From positions 96,001 through 160,000 of the forward strand of contig CAVSLC010000010.1 of assembly GCA_963728565.1 (NCBI GenBank): a stretch of DNA of 64,000 nt, written 5' to 3'. Position 1 is the first letter of the stretch. Every line of letters starts with the position of its first letter. This DNA is from an uncultured delta proteobacterium (lineage in GTDB: Bacteria; Desulfobacterota; Binatia; UBA9968). The notes under the pieces were generated by a model. That model made no database searches and was not told the origin of the DNA. It saw only the letters and a program-made list of their open reading frames with translations. Made by a program: the position numbers and the translations under genes. Positions 40,541 through 52,857 of the stretch are shown one piece after another.

Positions 40541-43500
40541 GTGAGCCGCAAATTCGCTAAATCCTCATCGATTCTTCTCGACGACAACCCGCTCTGGTAC
40601 CGGGATGCGGTTATTTACGAGGTGCACGTTCGCGCCTTTCACGACGGCAACGGCGACGGCATCGGTGATTTTCAGGGACTGAGCGAAAAGCTCGACTATC
40701 TCCAGGATTTGGGCGTGACGGCGCTATGGTTGCTGCCCTTCTATGTCTCGCCGCTCAAAGACGATGGTTACGACATCGCCGACTACACCCAGATCCATCC
40801 GGACTATGGAACGTTGCACGATTTTCGGCTGTTCTTGCGCGCCGCGCACGAACGTGGCCTTCGCGTCATCACCGAGCTGGTGATTAATCACACCTCCGAT
40901 CAGCATCCGTGGTTCCTCCGTGCGCGGGATGCCAAGCCCGGCACCAGCGCGCGCAATTTTTACGTCTGGAGCGACACGCAGGAGCGGTATCCCGAGGCGA
41001 GGATTATTTTCAAAGACTTCGAGCCGTCCAACTGGTCTTGGGATCCGATGGCCAAAGCCTATTACTGGCACCGTTTTTATTCGCACCAGCCGGACCTGAA
41101 CTTCGACAACCCGGAAGTACACAAGGCGATTTTCGATGCGCTCGATTTCTGGCTCGATATGGGCGTAGACGGGCTGCGCCTGGATGCCGTTCCTTATCTT
41201 TATGAGCGCGAGGGCACCAACTGCGAAAACCTTGCCGAGACCCATGCATTTCTCAAAAAGCTGCGCCAACATGTCGACAGCAAATACAAGAATCGCATGT
41301 TGTTGGCCGAGGCCAATCAGTGGCCCGAGGATGCAGTGGCTTATTTCGGCGATGGCGATGAATGCCATATGGCTTTTCATTTTCCGGTCATGCCGCGCCT
41401 TTTCATGTCCTTGTATATGGAGGATCGGTTTCCCATCATAGACATTCTCGATCAGACGCCCGCCATACCCGAATCCAGTCAATGGGCGTTGTTCCTGCGC
41501 AATCACGATGAGCTTACCCTTGAGATGGTGACAGATGAAGATCGCGACTACATGTATAAAGTGTATGCCAGCGATCCGCGGGCGCGGATCAATCTCGGGA
41601 TTCGGCGCCGGCTAGCGCCGCTTCTTGGCAACTAATCGCCGGCGCGTAGAGCTGCTCAATAGCCTGCTGTTCTCGCTGCCCGGCACCCCGGTGATCTATT
41701 ACGGCGATGAGATCGGCATGGGCGATAACATTTACCTTGGCGATCGCAACGGCGTGCGCACTCCAATGCAGTGGAGCGCGGATCGCAATGCTGGTTTCTC
41801 GCGCGCCAATCCGCAGCGCCTTTATCTGCCCGTGATCATCGATCCGGAACATCATTACGAGACCGTCAACGTCGATGCGCAGCAACAAAACCCGGCTTCG
41901 CTGCTTTGGTGGATGAAGCGGCTGGTGTTGTTGCGGAAAAATTATCAGGCATTTGGCCGGGGTAGCATCGAGTTTCTTTTGCCGGATAACCGCAAGGTAC
42001 TGGTGTTTGTCCGTCGTCTCGGCGATGAAATCATCCTGGTCGTGGCTAACCTTTCGCGTTTCGTCAACTACGTCGAGCTCGATCTGTCGGCGTACAAGGG
42101 CATGGTTCCGGTGGAGCTGTTCGGGCACACGCGCTTTCCCTCGATCGGTGAACTAACCTATTTTCTTACTCTGGGACCTCATGCATTTTATTGGTTCAAG
42201 CTCGAGCAGACGCGAGCTTCGGAAGCGCTCGCGGGAGTCGAGGGTTTCGAGCCGCCAACCTTGAAGGTGGAGGGTAGTTGGGAAGCTGTTCTTGCGGGCA
42301 GGCCGCGGACTATGCTCGAACGGAGCCTTCCCGCTTATCTTTTAACTTGTCGCTGGTTCGGTGGCAAAGCGCAGCAGATCCGGTCTGTGAAAAATGTCGA
42401 TGTCATTCCGTTTCCGGTGGACTCGGCAACTATTTACCTGACTACATGGGCGGTGGATTACATCGGCGGGACGCCGGAAACCTACCTGCTGCCGCTGGCC
42501 TACGCCAGCGGTGATCGCGCGTTCGAATTGCGCCAATCGGCGCCCCAGGCGCTCATCGCTCAGCTTAAGATCGAAGACGAATCGGGCGAAAGCGAAGGCA
42601 TCCTGTACGACGCGGTGCATGAGCCAGGTTTCCTCAAATCATTGCTGACCGCTCTGGCCGGGGGCGGCGATACAAAGACACCGGCGCCGAGCTTCTGGCG
42701 CAGCCGTCGAAAGTGTTTCGCAAACTGGTGGGAAACACCGAGAACCCGCTTGAACCATTGCTGATCAAACGTGATCAGAGCAACACTTCGGTAGCTTACG
42801 GCGATCGACTGATGTTTAAACTTTTTCGCCGGGTGACCGAGGGGCTGAATCCGGACGTTGAGATCGGCCGGTTTCTTACCGAACTGGAATTTGCCCATGT
42901 ACCGCCAATGGCCGGCCATCTGGAGCTGCGCAAGGGACGCGGCGAACCCGCCACCATCGGCATTCTGCAGGGGTTGGTAGCTAATGAAGGCGATGCCTGG
43001 CGCTACACTCAGGACAGCCTTGGCTATTACTTCGAAGAAGTTTTAACGCGTAAGGTCGAGGTCGGAGCCGCGAGTTTACCCAATCGTTCGCCGGTAGAAC
43101 TCGCCCAGCACGAGACTCCCGACTTGGCAAAAGAATTGATCGGTACTTACTTGGGATCGGCATGCCTGCTGGGCCAGCGCACTGGCGAGATGCACGTGGC
43201 GCTTGCGTCCGATAGCAAGGATCCGGCTTTTGCGCCGGAGCCGTTTACCCCTCTATATCGCCGTTCGCTTTATCAAAGCATGCGCAGTTTAGCCGACCAG
43301 TCTCTTGGGCTTATTGCAGAAGCGTTTGAAGCGGTTTCCGGAAGAAGTCCAGGAACATGCCGCAGAACTTTTAACTCTCGAGATCGAGATCTTCAACCGC
43401 TGCCGTCAACTGGTCGAACGAAAAATCGGCGGTATGCGAATTCGTTGTCACGGCGATTACCATCTCGGTCAGGTCTTATATACCGGCAAGGATTTCGTCA

Positions 43501-43910
43501 TCATCGATTTCGAAGGTGAGCCGGCCCGGTCAATAACCGAACGGCGTCTGAAACGCTCGCCGCTGCGCGACGTCGCTGGTATGCTGCGATCGTTCAATTA
43601 CGCGGTGCTGACCAAATTGCGCGGCGGCGCGCTGAGGCCTGAGGATGCGGTTCAGCTCAAGCCTTGGGGTCGCTACTGGGAGTTTTGGATTTCCGTCAGT
43701 TATCTGAACGGGTATTTCGACGTCACTCGACAATCCGGGTTACTTCCCAAAACCCGCGACGAGCTCAGCCTGTTGATGAATATTCTGTTGCTGGACAAGG
43801 CCATCTATGAATTGAGCTACGAGCTCGATAACCGTCCCGATTGGGTGGCGGTGCCGATCGAAGGGATTTTGGAATTGATTAAGACCAAGATGGCCGTCGG
43901 TTCGCAGTGA
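40541..43910 (+). CDS. treS: Trehalose synthase fused to maltokinase (TreS-Mak/Pep2); three frameshifts near 41633, 42662 and 43305
   Basis: GH13 motifs [34 protein letters not shown]. Continues via [57 protein letters not shown] across four ORFs. Confidence 0.9.
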
Positions 43911-43993
43911 TATCTCTACCTGTTATTGTACTTCGTGAATGTTGGCGGTCGAGCAGAGGCTCCCCGTCTGCTTGGTCAAGGAGCTAAGTAATA

Positions 43994-45901
43994 ATGTCTA
44001 ATCGCGGCTTCAGCCTGATCACCGCCGATGACAGCCATCTATTCAATGAGGGCAGCCATTTTCGTCTTTATGACAAGCTCGGCGCCCACGTGGTGCAGCA
44101 CGCCGGCGAAAGCGGCACTTACTTCGCCGTCTGGGCGCCCAATGCGGAACAGGTTTCGGTGATCGGCAACTTCAACGACTGGGACAAGAGCCGCCAGCCG
44201 CTTTCTCCGAAAGGCAGCACCGGGATCTGGGAAGGCTTCGTTCCCGGCATCGGTCAAGGCAGTCTTTATAAGTATCACATCCGCTCGCGCGTGAGCGGTT
44301 ACCGCGTCGATAAGGCCGACCCTTTTTCTTGCTTCAATGAGATTCCGCCCAAGACCGCATCGATTGTCTGGGACCTCGACTATCAGTGGAACGATCAGGA
44401 GTGGATGGCCAAGCGCCAGCAGCATAACCGCCTCGACAAACCTATGGCGATCTATGAAATGCACATCGGTTCCTGGCGCCGCGTGCTCGAGCAAGGCAAC
44501 CGCTCTTTATCCTATCGAGAGTTGGCCGCACCGCTGGCCGAGTACCTTCAGCATCTGGGCTATACCCATGTGGAGTTTCTGCCAATCATGGACCATCCGT
44601 TTTTTGGCTCGTGGGGATACCAGATCACCGGTTACTTTGCCCCCTCCGGGAACTACGGCACGCCGCAAGATTTGATGTACCTGATCGATTATCTGCACCA
44701 GCACGATATCGGGGTTATTTTTGATTGGGTGCCGTCGCATTTTCCCACCGACGAGCACGGCCTGGCATTCTTCGACGGCACGCATCTTTACGAGCATGCC
44801 GACCCGCGCCAGGGATATCATCCCGAATGGAAGAGCTACATTTTCAACTACGGCCGTTCGGAGGTGCAAAGCTTTCTGATCAGCAACGCCATGTTCTGGC
44901 TCGACCGTTATCATGTCGATGATTTGCGCGTCGACGCGGTAGCCTCCATGCTCTACCTCGATTACGGACGCCGGCAGGGCGAATGGATTCCAAACAAGTA
45001 CGGCGGTCATGAAAACTTGGAAGCGATTAATTTTATCAGACGCATGAACCAGGAGGTGTACCAGCATTACCCGGCGATCCAGACAATCGCCGAAGAGTCG
45101 ACTTCCTGGCCGATGGTTTCGCGTCCCATCTATCTCGGCGGTCTAGGTTTTGGGCTGAAGTGGGACATGGGCTGGATGCATGACACCTTGGAGTACATGA
45201 GCCGCGATCCGGTGCATCGGCGCTATCATCACAACAAGCTGACCTTTCGGATGATCTACGCATTCCATGAAAACTTTGTCTTGCCGCTTTCTCACGACGA
45301 GGTGGTCTATGGCAAAGGTTCCTTGCTGGGCAAGATGCCCGGCGACCGCTGGCAGAAGTTTGCCAACCTGCGCGCGCTCTATGGCTATATGTATGCGCAG
45401 CCGGGCAAGAAGATGCTTTTCATGGGCGGCGAGTTCGGCCAGCCCAGCGAATGGGCGCACGACGGCAGCTTACCCTGGGAATTGCTGAGCGATCCAATGC
45501 ATCGAGGATTAAAGGACTGGGTCAGCGATCTCAATCATTTGTATCGCAACGATCCCGCGCTTCATGAGCTCGACTGTGATCCCGGCGGTTTTGAGTGGAT
45601 CGATTGTGACGATGCCGAGCATAGTGTGATCAGTCTCATTCGCAAGGGAAAATCGACCCAGGATTTGATTCTAGTGGTCTGTAATTTCACCCCGGTGCCA
45701 CGTTACAGCTACCGATTAGGAGCGCCGCGGGCGGGGCACTGGGAAGAATTGTTGAACAGCGATTCTGCCCGTTACGGCGGCAGCAATATGGGCAACTTGG
45801 GCGGCGTCTCAACCGTGCCGATCCCGCTCCATGCGCGGCCGCACTCGTTGACCCTCACCTTACCGCCGCTGGCGGTTTCGCTGTTTAGAAATTCGGGATG
45901 A
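43994..45901 (+). CDS. glgB: 1,4-alpha-glucan branching enzyme
   Basis: FAVWAPNA, YEMHIGSW, DWVPSHF, RVDAVASM, IAEEST, LSHDEVV. Confidence 0.95.
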   Translation: MSNRGFSLITADDSHLFNEGSHFRLYDKLGAHVVQHAGESGTYFAVWAPNAEQVSVIGNFNDWDKSRQPLSPKGSTGIWEGFVPGIGQGSLYKYHIRSRVSGYRVDKADPFSCFNEIPPKTASIVWDLDYQWNDQEWMAKRQQHNRLDKPMAIYEMHIGSWRRVLEQGNRSLSYRELAAPLAEYLQHLGYTHVEFLPIMDHPFFGSWGYQITGYFAPSGNYGTPQDLMYLIDYLHQHDIGVIFDWVPSHFPTDEHGLAFFDGTHLYEHADPRQGYHPEWKSYIFNYGRSEVQSFLISNAMFWLDRYHVDDLRVDAVASMLYLDYGRRQGEWIPNKYGGHENLEAINFIRRMNQEVYQHYPAIQTIAEESTSWPMVSRPIYLGGLGFGLKWDMGWMHDTLEYMSRDPVHRRYHHNKLTFRMIYAFHENFVLPLSHDEVVYGKGSLLGKMPGDRWQKFANLRALYGYMYAQPGKKMLFMGGEFGQPSEWAHDGSLPWELLSDPMHRGLKDWVSDLNHLYRNDPALHELDCDPGGFEWIDCDDAEHSVISLIRKGKSTQDLILVVCNFTPVPRYSYRLGAPRAGHWEELLNSDSARYGGSNMGNLGGVSTVPIPLHARPHSLTLTLPPLAVSLFRNSG

Positions 45902-46025
45902 GTAGCGAGGCGATAAGAGAGTGACTTCGCCGCCAAGCAAATTCCACATCAAAGAGTTCGAAGATCGAAGATTTCTGTAGGAAATCGCCGACCGGTACCC
46001 GCCATGAACAAACTCGTCAGGGGAC

Positions 46026-46053
46026 AAAAAAAGGTCCCCTTGGGGGGACCTTT
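46026..46053 (-). terminator. Rho-independent terminator for hsp20 (possibly bidirectional)
   Basis: AAAGGTCCCC-TTGG-GGGGACCTTT stem; the plus-strand A7 run gives a U-tract on the minus strand. Confidence 0.8.
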
Positions 46054-46094
46054 GTAGCCGCCGGGAGAGGCGGGTTAAAAAGCCGGTTGCTAAA

Positions 46095-46565
46095 TTACGC
46101 GGCTTTGGATTCGAACTTCTTGTTCTCTTTGTGCTCGATCTGAACCGGGATCTTGCGTCCAGTAAGCTGCGCCGGAAGCGGCACATGGATCTCAAGAACA
46201 CCATGTTCATAGCGGGCGGCAATCTTGTCGGCTTCGATGCCTTGCGGCAGAGCTACCGTTCGTTCGAATTTGCCGTAAGAAGTCTCCTGATAACCCTCTC
46301 GCTTCTCTTCTGATTTTCGTTCCCCGGAGATGGACAGAACATTTCCTTCCGCCTGGACCTGCACGTCATTGGGATTTACGCCCGGGAGATCGAATCGTAA
46401 GACGTACTCATTGTCCTTGCGGTATGTCTCCATCCGAGGCACCCAGTTGCCCAAAGAAGAAGTAGCTTCAGAGCGTCCGAAGAACCGACTAAACAGGTCG
46501 TCAATATCACGGTGCCAGTTTGACAGTTCCTCCGACGGATTAAATCTCATCAGTTCACCGAACAT
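46095..46565 (-). CDS. Hsp20/alpha-crystallin small heat-shock protein
   Basis: DLPGV, LSISGERK, YGKFERTVALP, ARYEHGVLEIHVP; AAAGGAGG RBS. Confidence 0.93.
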   Translation of the reverse strand: MFGELMRFNPSEELSNWHRDIDDLFSRFFGRSEATSSLGNWVPRMETYRKDNEYVLRFDLPGVNPNDVQVQAEGNVLSISGERKSEEKREGYQETSYGKFERTVALPQGIEADKIAARYEHGVLEIHVPLPAQLTGRKIPVQIEHKENKKFESKAA

Positions 46566-46905
46566 ACCTAGTACCTCCTTTCGTCTTCGTTAATTTCTGA
46601 CTGAAATTTAATCGTGATAAGGAGCTAGTCAAGGTCTGCCAGCGCAAAATTTCCGGTCTTAATCCACATGATTGTAAGCAGGTGACGAGAGTCCATTCAG
46701 GGTCCTCGGGCGTAGCGCACTCGGAAGCGCTACACCACACAGGTGTTTCCAGTTGACACCCGAGTTTGTTCTTGGATAATCTCCGGCGGCAGTGCTGAGA
46801 ACGTTTAGACTTGATTGTTCGATGGCGAGCATGGGTGGTCGGAGGCGTTCGCAGATCTGCTGGATTGGTATTTTGATGCTTCGTGAACTGAAGGGAGCCG
46901 CTGGG

Positions 46906-49045
46906 ATGAGAAGGAAACAAAGTCTTTACCTGAGCATAATCGGCAGTACTCGTCGCCGCCGTTATCGCCGCTTGCGCTGCCCAAAAGAGCGACGAAGCAA
47001 GCGCGGTACGGATCGATAACGATGATATCGGAGGCGTAGTCACGAGCGCAAAGGGACCGGAGGCCGGTGTCTGGGTAATCGCCGAAACCAACGATTTTCC
47101 CACTCGATTTGCACGGATGGTGGTCACCGATGATCAGGGCCGATACCTGCTTCCCGATTTGCCGAAGGCCAATTACAACCTGTGGGTGCGCGGCTATGGC
47201 CTGGTCGATTCGGAGAAAGTCAAGGCGGCTCCCGGCAACATCGTCAATCTCACGGCGACGATCGCGCCCAACGAAGCGGCCGCGGCGCAATATTATCCCT
47301 CGGTCTATTGGTATTCGATGATGAAGGTTCCCGACAAAGGTGAGTTCGGCGGCAAAGGCAAGATTCCAGCGAAGCTGACACAGAATGAATATCTAAACTT
47401 GATAAAGAGCAACGGCTGCGCCAATTGCCATTCGATAGGCCAGCGCTCGATGCGCACGTTTCCTGCGGATGTGCCATTTCCTCTGGGCAAGTTCGCCAAT
47501 TCACAAGAGGCGTGGTTCCGACGACTCCAGTCGGGACAAGGCGGCCACACCATGTTTCGCGATGCCGTTAAAGAACTCGGCGGCGCCGTTATCCCTTATC
47601 TTGCTGACTGGACCGATCGCGTTGCTAAGGGCGAACTGCCGCACGCTAAACCGCAGCGGCCTCAAGGCGTCGAGCGCAATATCGTCGTCACTACCTGGGA
47701 CTGGCTTGATGACAAACATTATCTGCACGACCTGATCGCTTCCGATCGTCGTTTTCCAACTGTGAATGCCTACGGCCCGGTGTACGGCTCGACCGAGCTT
47801 AGCGTAGACGTTATCCCGATCCTTGATCCGAAGTCTCACACTACCAAAAACTTCCCAACTCCCGTGCGCGATCCGGATACGCCCCCTGCTACGGCAGATA
47901 AACCGATGCAGCCATCGCCTTATTGGGGCAACGAACAGGTATGGAAGAGCAAGGCTAACAATCACAACGGCATGTTCGACCGTAACGGACGAGTGTGGTT
48001 CGCGGCGGCGGTTCGCGGCCCCGATAATCCGGCGTTTTGTAAGAAGGGCTCTGACCACCCTTCGGCCAAAGTATTCCCGACGGAACGCGCGAACCGCCAC
48101 CTTTCCATGCTCGATCCCAAGACCATGAAGTACACGTTTATCGACACCTGCTTCGGGACGCATCATCTACAGTTTGACGCCGACGACAGACTGTGGACCA
48201 GCGGTGGGGGTCAGGTGGTGGGATGGCTTGACATGAAGGTATTTGATCAGACCGGCGATGCGGCCAAAGCGCAGGGATGGACGCCAATGATCCTGGACAC
48301 CAACGGCAACGGCAAGCGTGACGCGTACGTGGAGCCGAACCAGCCGGTGGATCCAACCAAGGACAAGCGAATCTCGGCCGGCTTTTATGCGGTAATGCCG
48401 AACCCGGCCGACGGCTCGGTGTGGGGCTCGTTCCGGAGTTTTCCGGGGGCAATCGTGCGCATCGCGCCGGGTCCAAATCCCTCGGAGACTGCGCTCGCGG
48501 AAATCTATAATGTGCCGCTGCCTGGCTTTGGCATTCGTGGCGCCGACATCGACAAGAAAGGCGTCGTTTGGGCATCCCTCGCGAGCGGACATCTCGCTAG
48601 TTTCGACCGCAGCAAATGCAAAGGACCTCTCAACGGTCCGAAAGCGACCGGCGATCACTGCGCCGAAGGCTGGTCATTCTACAAGTATCCTGGCCCCGGC
48701 TTCCAGGGCATCGGCGACAACAGCGCGGAGTCGAGCTACTACTCCTGGGTCGATCAGCACAACACCTTTGGGCTCGGCGAAGACGTGCCGATGTCCACCG
48801 CCAATTTGCAGCACGGTTTGGTCGCAATGAAGGACGGCAAGATGATCCTGTTGACCGTGCCGTATCCGATGGGGTTTTACGCAAAGGGCTTTGACGGGCG
48901 CATCGATGATCCCAAAGCCGGTTGGAAAGGGCGCGGCTTGTGGAGCTCGAGCGGCGACCGCACGCCATGGCTAATGGAGAACGGCAAGGGGTCCAAGCCG
49001 CTCGCGGTGCATTTCCAGCTCCGGCCTGACCCGTTGGCGAAGTAA
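46906..49045 (+). CDS. Exported (lipo)protein: carboxypeptidase-regulatory-like domain + monoheme c + putative beta-propeller; frameshift near 46939
   Basis: AAGGGAG RBS. MRRKQSLYLSI joins VLVAAVIAACAAQK (lipobox) after a 1-base correction. Then IGGVV..GPEAGVWVIAET, WVRGYGL, CANCH. Confidence 0.75.
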
Positions 49046-49072
49046 ACGACGCGAAGCACCCGATAAATCAGG

Positions 49073-49123
49073 ACGGGGCGGAGTCTCATGCCTATCTGTT
49101 GGACGCGCGAGACTTCTCCCCGT
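49073..49123. terminator. Long intergenic hairpin between the two paralogs
   Basis: ACGGGGCGGAGTCTC ... GAGACTTCTCCCCGT imperfect stem. Confidence 0.4.
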
Positions 49124-49259
49124 TCCCATTTTCATAGGTAAAGCTCACAGCTCGCGGAATGGGACGTCGAAGCGTAAGCGAGCACCGCAATCTGCCGCGC
49201 GCATCATTACTCAAGTGGTTTAATTAAGAGCTAACTGTGGAAGCGAAAGGAGCCGCCCC

Positions 49260-51424
49260 ATGAAGAGGACAAAGTTTCATTCAGGTGTGCTCTTGGTTGG
49301 CCTGATCGGTTTGCTGGCGGTCATGCCGGTTGAACTGGACGGTCAACAATCAAAGAATGTAACCGTGCGCATCGATGCCGACGACATCGGCGGCGTTGTA
49401 ACTGGTGCCAATGGACCGGAAGCCGGTGTTTGGGTCATCGCCGAGACCAATGATCTTCCCACCAAGTACGCCAAGATCGTCGTTACCGACGATTACGGAC
49501 GTTACGTAATCCCCGATCTTCCAAAAGCTGACTACACCGTGTGGGTGCGCGGCTATGGCCTGATCGATTCGCCGAAGGTTAAGGCTGCGCCCGGCAAAAC
49601 CATTAACTTGAGGGCTCTCGCGGCCCCGGATCAAGCCAGGGCTGCGGAATATTATCCGGCGATTTACTGGTACTCCATGCTGAAGATCCCGGAGAAAGCC
49701 GAGTTCCCCGGAACCGGCGAGAACGGCAATGGGATTGGAGAAATTATCAAAAGTCAGCACGAGTGGCTCAATATAGTTAAAACCAACGGCTGCATGTCGT
49801 GCCATCAACTGGGCAACAAAGCGACCCGGACGATTCCGAAAGAACTGGGCGAGTTTAAATCCTCCGCCGACGCATGGCAGCGCCGGCTTGTATCCGGACA
49901 GGCGATGACTACGATGCTCACCCGCGTTAAAGAACTTGGCCCCAAAAATCGGTGGGACTCTGGGCTGATTGGACGGATCGAATCGCCGCCGGTGAATTTC
50001 CGAAATCCAAGCCGGAGCGGCCACAGGGTGTAGAACGCAATGTTGTTATCACCATGTGGGACTGGAGCCGCGCGACAGCTTATCTTCACGATGAGATCTC
50101 CACCGATAAGCGCAATCCCACCGTTAACGCCAATGGCTTGATCTATGGTGCCACTGAATTGAGCACGGACTTCGTCCCGGTGTTGGACCCGGTTCGGCAT
50201 AAGGCGACGGAAATCAAGCACCCGGTGCGCGATCCCAACACGCCGTCGGCGAAAACCGATCCGATGACTCCATCTCCTTATTGGGGCGCGGAGCCGATAT
50301 GGGATAGCCAGTCCAATCATCACAATCCGATGATGGATGAAAAAGGTCGTGCATGGTTTACCGCGCGGGTACGTTCGCCGGAGAACCCGGAGTTTTGCAA
50401 GAAGGGCTCGGACCATCCATCGGCTAAGATATTCCCATTGAACAGCGCTAACCGGCACCTCTCGATGTATGATCCGAAAAGCAAAAAGTTTACTCTCATC
50501 AGCACCTGTTTTTCCACGCATCATCTGGTTTTCGCGGAAGACGCCAATCATACTTTATGGACGAGTGCGGGTGGTGCGGGCGGCGGCGCCATAGGCTGGC
50601 TCAACCGCAAGATGTTCGAGGAGACCGGCGATGAAGCCACATCCCAGGGCTGGTCACCGTTTATCCTGGATACTAACGGCAACGGTAAACGGGACGAGTA
50701 CGTCGAGCCCAAGGAGGCGGTAGATCCCGCAAAAGATAAGCGGGTTGTCATTGGCTATTACGGGGTCGCGGTGAACCCTAGAGACGGTTCTGTCTGGGGT
50801 AGCTCCCTGGGCTTTCCCGGCTATGTCGTCAGGTTCAACCCGGGGCCGAATCCAAACGAGACCGGTCTGACGGAAATCTACGAAGCTCCGGCCGAGGCTA
50901 ATGGTTACGGCGTGCGTGGCATGGACATCGACCGCAATGGCGTCGTTTGGGTTTCACTTTCGAGCGGGCATCTCGGAAGTTTCGATCGCCGCAAATGCAA
51001 AGTCCTCAACGGTCCTACCGCTACGGGGAAACATTGTCCAGAAGGATGGGCGCTTTATCAGTTTCCCGGACCACAGTTTCAAAACGTGACGGAATCCGGC
51101 AGCGTCGAGTCCAGCTACTATACATGGGTGGATCAATTCGATACCTTCGGTTTGGGCAAAGATGTGCCGATTGCAACGGGTAACATGAATGACTCGCTGT
51201 TAGCTTTGGTTGACGGCAAGTTCGTTACACTCCGCGTTCCCTATCCAATGGGCTTCTACGCCAAGTGGATGGATGGGCGCATCGATAATCCGAAAGCCGG
51301 CTGGAAAGGCAAAGGATTGTGGTCAACCTATGCATCTCGAGCGCCATTCCATATGGAAGGCGGCAAGGGCACACGGCCGAAGGTCTACAAATTTCAGCTT
51401 CGACCCGACCCTCTAGCGAAGTGA
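49260..51424 (+). CDS. Second paralog: signal peptide + carboxypeptidase-regulatory-like domain + monoheme c + putative beta-propeller; frameshift near 49946
   Basis: AAGGAG RBS; CMSCH; colinear with the upstream paralog to the shared C-terminus FQLRPDPLAK; adding one A to the A-run at 49944-49948 joins the two ORFs. Confidence 0.78.
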
Positions 51425-51619
51425 CAGCCAGACCCCTGTCATCCCGAGGAATGCGAGGGCTCTTAGAATGATTTCTCTTGGATGGCAGATGTAAAGCAGA
51501 GCGCGTCTTTGTCCTCCAGTCACTCGACCACGACGAACGTAAAATAGCTTTGAGTAGCGGAGATTGTTTAGCAATTGGGTGTGAAGCCTGGAACGAACTT
51601 CCCGAACAGGAGTGTACGC

Positions 51620-52627
51620 ATGAAGCGTAGTGTTTTGAGCGCAACCGTTTTGGGGTGCGCGCTCTCGGCTACCACATTGTCCGCGGCAGAAATCCAAAGT
51701 AGTGCCGCGCGCGCGAGCGGCTGGAGTGTGAAAACGCCTCTGCCGCGAACCAATTCCGAGTTCGGTGTCGTCGAACTAGACGGCAAGATTTACGTCATGG
51801 GTGGCTATCCGGCGGATCGTAAAACCGTCGCCGAAGTCCAGGTCTACGATTCGAAAACGGACAGATGGCAGATCATCGCGCCAATGCCCCAAGCGCTTAA
51901 TCACATCATGCCCGCGGCAGTGAACGGCAAGATCTATGTAATTGGCGGACAGACGACCGAAAGCAGCGAACCGGACAAGGCGGGATTCGTCAATACGGTT
52001 TACGAGCACGATCCGGCAACCGGCAAGTGGGCCGCTCGCGCGCCGATGCCGACGATGCGCGGCGGCGGCGTCGCGGCAGTTGTCGATGGAAGAATCTATG
52101 TCGCCGGGGGCCGCCCGCCGGGCGGACATGATTTCGCCGTTTATGATCCGAAGGCGGACAAATGGACGACGCTCGCGAATTTGCCAACGCAGCGAAACCA
52201 TCTCGCAGCCGGCGCTCATGACGGCAAAATCTATGTCTTCGGCGGGCGTTTCGAGGGCGGCTTTCGCAGCAAGACCACGGATGCGGTAGAGGTCTTCGAC
52301 CCCAAGACGAATTCATGGTCGGCGAAAAAATCGATGCCCAAACCGCGCGGCGGTGTCAACGGCATCTTCGCCAACGGGTGCTTTCATCTGTTTGGCGGCG
52401 AGGGCAACCCGAATCATCCTTACGGTGTTTTTCCAGATCACGACTACTATAATCCAGCTACGGATACCTGGCATGCCCTGGAGCCGATGCCGATTGCGGT
52501 GCATGGTGTGACCGGACTGGCATTCATCGATGGCAATATTCATTTGCCGGGCGGCGGCACGGCTCAAGGCGGGAGTAGCGGCTCAACGATCCACCAGGTT
52601 TACCGTCCCAGCATGAGTTGCCGCTGA
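51620..52627 (+). CDS. Secreted Kelch-repeat beta-propeller protein
   Basis: Signal peptide; six GKIYVxGG...YDP..xxW....MP repeats; AGGAG RBS. Confidence 0.88.
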   Translation: MKRSVLSATVLGCALSATTLSAAEIQSSAARASGWSVKTPLPRTNSEFGVVELDGKIYVMGGYPADRKTVAEVQVYDSKTDRWQIIAPMPQALNHIMPAAVNGKIYVIGGQTTESSEPDKAGFVNTVYEHDPATGKWAARAPMPTMRGGGVAAVVDGRIYVAGGRPPGGHDFAVYDPKADKWTTLANLPTQRNHLAAGAHDGKIYVFGGRFEGGFRSKTTDAVEVFDPKTNSWSAKKSMPKPRGGVNGIFANGCFHLFGGEGNPNHPYGVFPDHDYYNPATDTWHALEPMPIAVHGVTGLAFIDGNIHLPGGGTAQGGSSGSTIHQVYRPSMSCR

Positions 52628-52857
52628 CGAGAGACCCTGTCACTCATAGACGCGTCATTTGTCGGTCAATGATTCGCTCTCCTGCAGCAGGAACGGATAC
52701 GCCTTTCGTCGTCGGCAGCCTTGCGGCTTCAATCTTATAAGAACGAGCGCTCAATTTAAGACTTTTCTGTTGGTCATCTCGTCAAGAGAGCAAGCAAACG
52801 ATCCTGCATGGCAACGCAGAAGAGTTCTACCGCTTTGAAGTTCAAGGCGTGGACCCC

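Noticed and set aside
40541-43910. Programmed frameshifting to yield separate TreS and Mak
   Set aside because: The breaks fall inside conserved domains, lack slippery-site plus structure signals, and match the window-wide indel pattern
44905-44950. GlgB HVDDLRVDAV instead of the usual DGLRVDAV
   Set aside because: A single substitution with the catalytic Asp intact; may be a base error
46600-46632. Possible sigma70 promoter for hsp20 (TTGACT-N16-TAAATT on the minus strand)
   Set aside because: Plausible but a weak match; no CIRCE or ROSE element recognised
51436-51477. REP-like remnant TGTCATCCCGAGGAATGCGAGGGCTCT
   Set aside because: Single degenerate copy in the window; cannot be established as a repeat without the genome
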